The notes under the pieces: model-generated
The model's database searches: none
What the model was told of the DNA's origin: nothing
The model's input: the letters and a program-made list of their open reading frames with translations, nothing else
Shown: positions 57,418-64,000 of the stretch, one piece after another
How the letters are laid out: every line of letters starts with the position of its first letter
How positions within the stretch are numbered: position 1 is the first letter of the stretch
Made by a program: the position numbers and the translations under genes
Source: an uncultured Ignavibacteriaceae bacterium
GTDB taxonomy: Bacteria; Bacteroidota; Ignavibacteria; Tepidaquicellales; Tepidaquicellaceae
Direction: 5' to 3'
DNA: 64,000 nucleotides
Assembly (NCBI GenBank): GCA_964400285.1
Contig: CAYNTK010000009.1
Location: 32,494 to 96,493, forward strand

Positions 57418-57501
57418 CGACCACGAAGTGGTCGAATATTAGTAACCCCCGACAAAGTCGCGGGATAATGCTCACCTACTATCACAACCCCAAAGGGGTT
57501 G
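57418..57501. ncRNA. candidate structured RNA element: three GC-rich 7-8 bp hairpins, each with a 3-nt loop (strand undetermined)
   Basis: cgaccac-gaa-gtggtcg (57418-57434). cccccgac-aaa-gtcgcggg (57446-57464, one mismatch). caacccc-aaa-ggggttg (57485-57501). It lies in a 424-bp gap with no ORF of 60 aa or more and is strongly GC-enriched relative to the flanks. Confidence 0.3.
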
Positions 57502-57635
57502 AACTATTTTCTAATTAGAATAAGTTCTAAATTTACACACTAATTAGAACGCCATCAAAAAAAATATAATATCTCTCTATAATTTAGATAAATAAAAGTT
57601 AATATTATATTTAAATTAAAAATTTTTTAAAAACA

Positions 57636-58358
57636 CTATTTTTGTCCAGTGATGTACAATGATCCTGAAAATTCTCTTAAAATTGGAATTTTTTCAAAAA
57701 CACAACCTGCTTTTTCCATAAAATTAACAAGTAATAAGGGTATTTTGGGGTGCAAAAAATCAAAAGGTTTGATTTTCACGTTATTAAATCCTGTTTCAAG
57801 TAACAATTTTCTTATTTTCCATCTAAAAAAAGCAGTCTCGTCAGGGGAATCTCCCATCATCTTTTTTATAAATGGTATATTTTTTTGTAATGCAATTTGA
57901 GGGTTTAACATATTAGGCTCTGTAAATCTTATTCTCCCTCCCTTTTTTAAAACCCGATAAATTTCTTTTACTGCTGAGTTAATATCTAAATGGTGCAACA
58001 CCGAACTTCCGAGAATAATATCAAAGGTAGTATCATTAAAAGGTAAGGAACATGCATTACCAAGAATAAAATTTATATTATTACTTTTTATTTTCGTTTT
58101 TGCATTTTCTATCAGTTCAGGGGAAATATCTATTGCATAAATCGTTGCTTCAGTTTTTACTAATTCTTTGGTAAAGTATCCTGTTCCGCACCCCAACTCA
58201 AGAACATTTAAGTTAGAAATTAAACCATTACAAAGTATTTTAACTCTTCGCTTCCATCTTAGCTTTCCCGCGGGCGATTCCCAATTCCAGATTTCCCCTG
58301 CATTGTTTTGCAATAAGTATTTTCCATGCTCGATTTCGTTTTCGAGTCTCTTTTTCAT
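57636..58358 (-). CDS. class I SAM-dependent methyltransferase
   Basis: Motif I VLELGCGTGYFT. Post-I DISPE. Motif II/III FDIILGSSVLHHL and LKKGGRI. Confidence 0.85.
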   Translation of the reverse strand: MKKRLENEIEHGKYLLQNNAGEIWNWESPAGKLRWKRRVKILCNGLISNLNVLELGCGTGYFTKELVKTEATIYAIDISPELIENAKTKIKSNNINFILGNACSLPFNDTTFDIILGSSVLHHLDINSAVKEIYRVLKKGGRIRFTEPNMLNPQIALQKNIPFIKKMMGDSPDETAFFRWKIRKLLLETGFNNVKIKPFDFLHPKIPLLLVNFMEKAGCVFEKIPILREFSGSLYITGQK

Positions 58359-58583
58359 AATTTAAATTTATCTAATTTATTTTTCCCAAAATCCCTATAA
58401 AATATATTTATAAATATCGTATGTAAAATATAATTAACTTTTTTAAAATAAAACTCACTAATAGTTCATATTTCTTGTCGGAAATTATTGTTTCAATTTG
58501 TAATGATTAATTTACTAAAATGTTGAATATAAAATTTAATCAAATAATTGTATTTTATGTAAAAGAATTTCTTAATTCTATTT

Positions 58584-59918
58584 ATGTTCAGAAAAACAAA
58601 CGAAAAATATTTTTTCTTATTATTAATAATTGCATCTATTCATTTAGTCTATTTTATAATTGCAGTTATTAATAAAAATATTTATATGGCCGACTCTTAT
58701 GAATATTTACAGCAAGCTTTTAATATTAAAAACTTTTCAAGCCTTTACTGTTTAGATTTTAACAAGCCGATAGATATGCATTTTTTCACGAAAAGACCGC
58801 CTCTTTACGGCTTTTTTGTTTTGATATTTAAAACGATATACAACTCAGATTTTTCTGTTTTGTTTGCTCAGAATATTTTAAGTTTTATTAATATTTTTGG
58901 TTTAATAAAATTGCTTGAAATGTTTAGTTTTTCCTTTGATTTTAAAAAATTATTACTGCTTTTTTTAATCTTATTACCTGTTCAATTTATCTATAATAAT
59001 ATGATTATGTCTGAAATTTTGCTTCAGACATTATTATTCTGGTCATTTTATTTCTTTCTTTTATATACAACAGAAAATAAAACATATCAAATTATCATAT
59101 ATAACTTTCTTTTAGCTCTTGCAGTTTTGACTAAACCAATTTTGTTGTATTATTGGATTCCAAATTTGATATTTTTGTTTTATTTGTTTTGGAAGAGAAG
59201 GCAAGCTATTATTTTGTATTCTGGATTTATTATGCCCTTGACAATTTTTTTTCTTTCTTATTATAATTATCATACCACAGGTAGTTATCATTTTTCAAGC
59301 ATTAGGCAAATGAATTTGGTTGGTTACAATAGTGCTTTTTTATTAGTTAATGTTTATGGAGAAGAAGAAGGTCAGAAAAAAATGATTGAAATAAGGAAGC
59401 ATTTAAATTCAATTGATAATTTTTCAAACCTTCTTTTGGAAGAAGATAAAATTGGATTAAATCTTATAATGAACCATAAATATGAATATGCTATATATCA
59501 TTTAAAAGGTATGATAAATTTTTTTATGGATCCAGGAAGATTTGATATAACTAATTTTCTCGGTATTAAAGAAGAAAATAATACAGGATTACTTTATACA
59601 TTCACTAAAGAGGGATACATTGGAGTTATTAAATTCATTTTAAAGCAACCTTTTTACATAATATTATACATTTCAATGGAATTTCTTGTAAATACCATAA
59701 TGTTATTTTCTTTAATATATTTCCTTTTTGTAAAAGCAGTCAAAATGGAAATTAAAATTTATATTTTTGTTTTAACATTCTACCTTTGCTTTTTTTCAGG
59801 ACCTTTGGGAACAATGCGATATAAAGTTCACATTATTCCATTGATGTTATTTACACTTCCGTTCTTTTTTGAAAAAATATTAAGCAAAATTAGTAATAAA
59901 AACAAAGTTTTAACTTAA
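58584..59918 (+). CDS. GT-C fold membrane glycosyltransferase-like protein (ArnT/PMT, GT39/GT83-like)
   Basis: About 11 TM helices. The first loop has MADSYEYLQQA...FTKRPPLYGFF, resembling the ArnT/PMT_2 DxY...RPPL region. No precise family was verified. Confidence 0.55.
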   Translation: MFRKTNEKYFFLLLIIASIHLVYFIIAVINKNIYMADSYEYLQQAFNIKNFSSLYCLDFNKPIDMHFFTKRPPLYGFFVLIFKTIYNSDFSVLFAQNILSFINIFGLIKLLEMFSFSFDFKKLLLLFLILLPVQFIYNNMIMSEILLQTLLFWSFYFFLLYTTENKTYQIIIYNFLLALAVLTKPILLYYWIPNLIFLFYLFWKRRQAIILYSGFIMPLTIFFLSYYNYHTTGSYHFSSIRQMNLVGYNSAFLLVNVYGEEEGQKKMIEIRKHLNSIDNFSNLLLEEDKIGLNLIMNHKYEYAIYHLKGMINFFMDPGRFDITNFLGIKEENNTGLLYTFTKEGYIGVIKFILKQPFYIILYISMEFLVNTIMLFSLIYFLFVKAVKMEIKIYIFVLTFYLCFFSGPLGTMRYKVHIIPLMLFTLPFFFEKILSKISNKNKVLT

Positions 59919-60051
59919 CTTATTGTAAGATACAAAAATATATTTTTATATGAGATCAAAAATATCATTTATAATTGTAATATTAGTTAGTCAATGAAAT
60001 TATTATATTATTAATAATCAAAAAACTTTTTTAAACGATAAATATTATATA

Positions 60052-61125
60052 ATGTTTAATAAAGAAGAGAAAAACAGAAAATTTAAAAGAAAGTTTTTTA
60101 ATAGAAGATATTCTCAAAATAAAGAGTATTACAGAGATAAGCCAGCATCTGAAAAATCAGAAATAGATTATCTGGAATTTAGAAAACTTCTAAATCCTGA
60201 ACAAATGTTATCTGTTATAATACCATTATATAACGAACAAGAATCTTTAATGGAATTATCATTATCGTTAAAAAAAGTTTTTGATTTACTGAAATGTAAT
60301 TATGAGGTTATATTTATAGATGATGGAAGCACTGATGGTTCATTTGAGGTAATTAAAGAAATTAACAAAAGAAATAGTAGATATCATTGTATAAAATTTA
60401 GACGAAATTACGGTAAATCCGCGGCTCTTTCTGTCGGTTTTAAAGAAGCTAAAGGAGATATTATAATTACAATGGATGCCGATTTACAAGATGACCCCAA
60501 TGAAATCCCTGATCTGATTAAGGAAATTAATTCTGGCTACGATTTGGTTTCTGGATGGAAAAAAATTAGATATGACCCATTTATTAAAAAACATACCTCA
60601 AAAATTTTTAATTATTTTACCTCAAAGGTTTCTGGCATTAGGTTGCACGACTTTAATTGTGGATTAAAAGCTTATAGAAAAGAAGTAATTAAATCTGTGA
60701 AAGTTTATGGTGAAATGCATCGTTATATTCCAGCTCTTGCTCATCTAATGGGTTTTAAGGTTACCGAGAAAGTTGTAAAGCATCACCCACGCAAATTTGG
60801 TATAACAAAGTTTGGTGCAAATAGATTTCTTAATGGTTTCTTTGATTTACTAACTGTTGCTTTTACTACGAAGTTTATTAAAAAACCCCTTCATTTATTT
60901 GGCACACTTGGAATTCTTTTTTCTATTGCTGGATTTGGAATCACACTTTATCTTACAATATTAAAGTTTTTTGAAAATGAATCAATTAGTAATAGACCTT
61001 TATTTTTAGTTGGTATATTATTTATCATAGTAGGTTTTCAGTCTTTTTCTCTTGGCTTAATTGCGGAAATGATTACAAAATCAAGCCATAAAGATGAAGA
61101 CGTTTATATTGAAACAACTTTATAA
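60052..61125 (+). CDS. GT2 polyprenyl-phosphate glycosyltransferase (ArnC/GtrB/DPM1-like) with two C-terminal TM helices
   Basis: LSVIIPLYNEQESL, IFIDDGSTDGS, YGKSAAL and MDADLQDDP are present, plus C-terminal TM helices. The 51-aa very basic N-terminal extension may be spurious; an alternative ATG at 60205 gives MLSVIIPLYNE. Confidence 0.85.
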   Translation: MFNKEEKNRKFKRKFFNRRYSQNKEYYRDKPASEKSEIDYLEFRKLLNPEQMLSVIIPLYNEQESLMELSLSLKKVFDLLKCNYEVIFIDDGSTDGSFEVIKEINKRNSRYHCIKFRRNYGKSAALSVGFKEAKGDIIITMDADLQDDPNEIPDLIKEINSGYDLVSGWKKIRYDPFIKKHTSKIFNYFTSKVSGIRLHDFNCGLKAYRKEVIKSVKVYGEMHRYIPALAHLMGFKVTEKVVKHHPRKFGITKFGANRFLNGFFDLLTVAFTTKFIKKPLHLFGTLGILFSIAGFGITLYLTILKFFENESISNRPLFLVGILFIIVGFQSFSLGLIAEMITKSSHKDEDVYIETTL

Positions 61126-61131
61126 ATATTT

Positions 61132-61902
61132 TTGTACAAACATTTTTTGAACACAGTAAGTAAAAAAGCTAAAATTGGAAAAAATGTAACTATCGGTGAT
61201 TATTCCGTTATTAAAGATGATGTTATAATTGGAGACAATGTTGAAATTGCTTCCAACGTCATTATAGATAATGGAGCAAGAATATCTTCAAATGTAAAAA
61301 TTCACCATGGAGCAGTTGTGTCAACTATACCACAGGATTTAAAATTCAACGGAGAAATTACAACGTTAGAAATTGGTGAAGGGACGATAATTAGAGAATA
61401 TGCTACTTTAAACCGTGGAACAGCAGCGAGTAATAAAACCATTATTGGTAAAAATTGCCTTCTTATGGCATATTCACACGTAGCTCATGATTGTATCCTT
61501 GGCGATAACGTTATTCTTGCAAATAGTGTGAACCTTGGAGGTCACGTAATTATTGGGGATTGGGCAATAATAGGTGGTATAACAGGAATTCATCAATTCG
61601 TAAAAATTGGTAAACACGTTATTGTTTCGACCCATTCAAAAGTTGTAAAAGATGTTCCTCCATACATTACTGCGGGCAACTTGCCTTTAAAATATGAAGG
61701 GCTAAATTTAATTGGCTTGAGAAGACGTGGTTTTTCCAATAGCCAGATTAATAAAATAGATTATGCCTATAATAAAATTTATAAGTCTGGATTGAATATT
61801 AGTATGGCAATAAATGAACTCAAAAAAGAAAATTTGACTGTTGAGCAAAAGGAAATTGTGGAATTTATTGAATTTAGTGAGAGGGGAATAATAACAGGTT
61901 AA
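61132..61902 (+). CDS. lpxA: acyl-ACP--UDP-N-acetylglucosamine O-acyltransferase
   Basis: Left-handed beta-helix hexapeptide repeats, then MAYSHVAHDCILGDNVILANSVNLGGHVIIGD, HQFVKIGKH and NLIGLRRRGFS, and a C-terminal helical domain. TTG start. Confidence 0.9.
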   Translation: MYKHFLNTVSKKAKIGKNVTIGDYSVIKDDVIIGDNVEIASNVIIDNGARISSNVKIHHGAVVSTIPQDLKFNGEITTLEIGEGTIIREYATLNRGTAASNKTIIGKNCLLMAYSHVAHDCILGDNVILANSVNLGGHVIIGDWAIIGGITGIHQFVKIGKHVIVSTHSKVVKDVPPYITAGNLPLKYEGLNLIGLRRRGFSNSQINKIDYAYNKIYKSGLNISMAINELKKENLTVEQKEIVEFIEFSERGIITG

Positions 61903-61906
61903 TTTT

Positions 61907-62461
61907 ATGCGAAAAAACTATGAATTAAAAGTTAAGCTTCATAATTACGATGTCGCAAAATGGAAAGCAGAGAGTTATATACATAGATTTAAGGACAAGC
62001 ATCACTTTTTTGAAGAGCAAAAAGATATATACTTTTATAAGGTAAATGGTAGAAGATTAAAACTCAGGATAATAAATAATGAGTGTGGAAACCTTGTATA
62101 TTATGATAGAAAAGAAAATAGAAATAAAAGAGTGTCGAGATTTTTGTTGTCTGATACTAAAAATCCATTTGAACTTGATAAGATTTTAAGAAGGTTCTTT
62201 AAAGTTCAACTTATTGTTAGTAAGAAAAGAGAAATTTTCACGGTTAAGAATTTAAGAATACACCTTGATAAAATTCAAGGCGTTGGTATATTTCTTGAAT
62301 TTGAGATAATGTATAAATCTTTAACCGATGCGAAAACCTTAATGAAAGAGTTGATGAAACATTTTAATATAAAAAGAAATGATTTTATCAAAGAATCTTA
62401 TTCAGATTTAATTTTAAAAAAGCAAAAACAAAAAAATGCCATCAACAGTAAAACAAGATGA
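61907..62461 (+). CDS. CYTH-domain protein (class IV adenylate cyclase / triphosphate tunnel metalloenzyme-like)
   Basis: N-terminal YELKVKL (ExExK-like). RRLKLRI, LRIHLDKIQGVGIFLEFEI. Size about 180 aa. Confidence 0.6.
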   Translation: MRKNYELKVKLHNYDVAKWKAESYIHRFKDKHHFFEEQKDIYFYKVNGRRLKLRIINNECGNLVYYDRKENRNKRVSRFLLSDTKNPFELDKILRRFFKVQLIVSKKREIFTVKNLRIHLDKIQGVGIFLEFEIMYKSLTDAKTLMKELMKHFNIKRNDFIKESYSDLILKKQKQKNAINSKTR

Positions 62462-63260
62462 GTTCAGGCACATAACCACAAAAGTGCTTTATATGATGAA
62501 GCAGTCGGGAGAAAAAATCACTATGCTTACCGCTTATGATTATCTGACAGGAAGATTTTTAGATGCCGCAGGTATAGAATTAATTTTAGTAGGTGATTCG
62601 TTAAGCAATGTCATTCAGGGAAACGAAACTACATTACCTGTTACACTTGACCAGATGATTTATCACACGAAAATTGTTAAAAAAGCTGTCGAAAGAGCAA
62701 TGGTAGTTGCAGATATGACTTTTATGAGTTACCAAGTTAGTGTTACTGAAGCCATAGAAAATTGTGGAAGGGTTATGAAAGAAACTGGTTGTGATGCAAT
62801 TAAAATGGAAGGGGGAAAATATCTTTCAGAAACCGTTCAGCGTCTCGTTGAAATAGGAATTCCCGTTATGGGACACCTTGGCTTAACACCTCAATCAATT
62901 AATAAATTTGGAAGTTATAAAACCCGAGGAACCGATAAAGACGAAGCCCAGCAAATTTTTGACGATGCAATAGCTCTCGAAAGAGCGGGTTGCTTTTCTA
63001 TAGTGCTGGAAAAGATTCCCGCTGCTCTTGGAAAGAAAATTTCTAAAGCACTCGGAATTCCAACTATTGGAATTGGTGCAGGTCCATATTGCGATGGGCA
63101 GGTGCTGGTTACTCACGATATGCTTGGAATGATTGAAGAATTTAAACCCCGTTTTGTCAGAAAATATATGAATCTTGCTTCGGATATGAAAAATGCTTTC
63201 AGACGATATATTAAAGATGTTAAAGAAGAAAAATTTCCGACAAAGGACGAAAGCTACTAA
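62436..63260 (+). CDS. panB: 3-methyl-2-oxobutanoate hydroxymethyltransferase
   Basis: ITMLTAYDY, LVGDSLSNV, DMTFMSY, AIKMEGG, VMGHLGLTPQS. It overlaps the CYTH gene by 26 nt; an alternative ATG lies at 62493. Confidence 0.9.
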   Translation: MPSTVKQDEFRHITTKVLYMMKQSGEKITMLTAYDYLTGRFLDAAGIELILVGDSLSNVIQGNETTLPVTLDQMIYHTKIVKKAVERAMVVADMTFMSYQVSVTEAIENCGRVMKETGCDAIKMEGGKYLSETVQRLVEIGIPVMGHLGLTPQSINKFGSYKTRGTDKDEAQQIFDDAIALERAGCFSIVLEKIPAALGKKISKALGIPTIGIGAGPYCDGQVLVTHDMLGMIEEFKPRFVRKYMNLASDMKNAFRRYIKDVKEEKFPTKDESY

Positions 63261-63341
63261 TTTAATAAAATTTTTAAATCAAATATATTATTTTCTTTTT
63301 TTCCTGTTCGTAATAAGCAGGTATTTTCAATTTTCTAAAAT

Positions 63342-64000
63342 ATGGAAGTTTTAAATCGTGAACTTTTTCAAATTGGCGGAACTCACATTACAATTTTTTC
63401 TTTGATTGTTTTCGCTTTTATAATTCTAATAACAATTGCTATTTCGATAGGAATAAGGAAACTATTATTAAAAAGAATTTTTCCTCGTTATAAAATTGCT
63501 CCCGGTATTGCTAAAGCGTATTCACGAATAATCTATTATGTAATATTTGTATCGGGATTTCTTATTGCGATTAATTCGACGGGAATTAACATTTCTATTC
63601 TGTTTGCGGGTGGAGCTGCACTGCTTGTGGGAATTGGTTTTGGGATACAGAATATCGTTAATAATTGGATAAGCGGACTAATACTTTTATTCGAAAGACC
63701 TATTAAAGAAGGCGATTTCATAGAGGTTGACGGAATCCTTGGCACCGTCAATTCTATCTCTGCACGCAGTACACGAATAAAAACAAATTCCGATGTAATG
63801 ATTATTGTTCCAAACTCAAAGTTTCTCGAAAATAAAATTATAAATAGAAGCTATATCGAAAAAACTTGGATTGATATACCGGTAAATGTAGCTTATAATT
63901 CTGACTTTAAAAAGGTCTCAGAAATTCTTATTAAGATTGCAAAATCTCACCCTAAAGTTTTAAAGGAAACCGAACCCTCTGTCAGCATTTCGGAATTCGA
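63342..64000 (+). CDS. MscS-family mechanosensitive channel (N-terminal part; the 3' end runs off the window)
   Basis: Absent from the track because it is open at the edge. My translation from the ATG at 63342 gives MEVLNRELFQIGG...GGAALLVGIGFGIQNIVNNWISGLILLFERPIKEGDFIEVDGILGTVNSISARSTRIKTNSDVMIIVPNSKF, the canonical MscS TM3/beta-domain block. Confidence 0.85.
   Translation, partial: MEVLNRELFQIGGTHITIFSLIVFAFIILITIAISIGIRKLLLKRIFPRYKIAPGIAKAYSRIIYYVIFVSGFLIAINSTGINISILFAGGAALLVGIGFGIQNIVNNWISGLILLFERPIKEGDFIEVDGILGTVNSISARSTRIKTNSDVMIIVPNSKFLENKIINRSYIEKTWIDIPVNVAYNSDFKKVSEILIKIAKSHPKVLKETEPSVSISEF

Noticed and set aside
57376-57471. 31-codon plus-strand ORF (MEKRIYNNFLANLKRPRSGRILVTPDKVAG) spanning the first two GC-rich hairpins
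   Set aside because: It is very short and has no recognisable family. Its basic/Pro/Gly content is what one expects from translating GC-rich stems. A structured nucleic acid explains the region better, although a micro-peptide cannot be excluded.
57212-57635. Known housekeeping RNAs (RNase P RNA, SRP RNA, tmRNA, 6S, tRNA) or a common riboswitch in the ORF-free gap
   Set aside because: Only about 84 nt are structured. I see no GGAAAGUCCGG-type P4 element, no SRP domain IV motif, no tRNA-like CCA end or T-loop, and no match to the riboswitch cores I checked by eye (c-di-GMP, fluoride, preQ1, ZTP). The stretch caaagtcgcggg only superficially resembles the RNase P P4 region.
1-64000. CRISPR arrays, rRNA/tRNA genes, prophage or integrative elements
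   Set aside because: I noticed no regularly spaced direct repeats of 25-40 nt, no tRNA T-loop or acceptor signatures in the intergenic regions I inspected, and no integrase, transposase or capsid-like ORFs. An exhaustive scan was not possible by eye.

Overview
This is a 64-kb, AT-rich (about one-third GC by eye), densely packed chromosomal window. It probably comes from an FCB-group bacterium (Bacteroidota/Ignavibacteriota-like). That placement is an inference from canonical T9SS C-terminal sorting domains, an Alternative Complex III operon and the low GC. I support about 60 protein genes. I found no rRNA, tRNA, CRISPR array, transposase, integrase or phage genes.

The centrepiece is a co-directional respiratory supercluster of about 15 kb (15617-30646). 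It holds ACIII (actA, actB, actC, a fused actD-actE, actF), a membrane-anchored cytochrome c, an SCO copper chaperone, an A2-type heme-copper oxidase in the order I-III-IV-II, heme O synthase, and a polytopic membrane protein fused to a c551-like domain.

Other content:
- ccoI-ccoS (cbb3 maturation) without ccoNOQP
- a hybrid histidine kinase
- a MarR-led redox/quinone-detox cluster (YceI, thioredoxin-like, pirin, FMN reductase)
- ferritin
- NDH-2
- dnaE and trxA
- dGTPase
- S8 and S1C proteases
- HPr and a polyprenyl synthase
- T9SS cargo proteins
- an envelope-glycolipid cluster (methyltransferase, GT-C, GT2, lpxA)
- panB and a partial MscS channel

I do not see a convincing novel multi-gene system (defence, secretion or mobile). 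The window reads as core chromosome. The observations most worth a second look are:
1. A GC-rich triple-hairpin module in a 424-bp ORF-free gap (57418-57501).
2. A hybrid histidine kinase whose H-box phospho-acceptor His is encoded as Gln.
3. Inverted arrays of 8-9 bp GGTT(T)ATAA-type repeats bracketing actA and a small Tat-like ORF.
4. The uncharacterised membrane/c551 fusion that closes the oxidase operon.

All calls come from reading the supplied translations and sequence. No database search was run.
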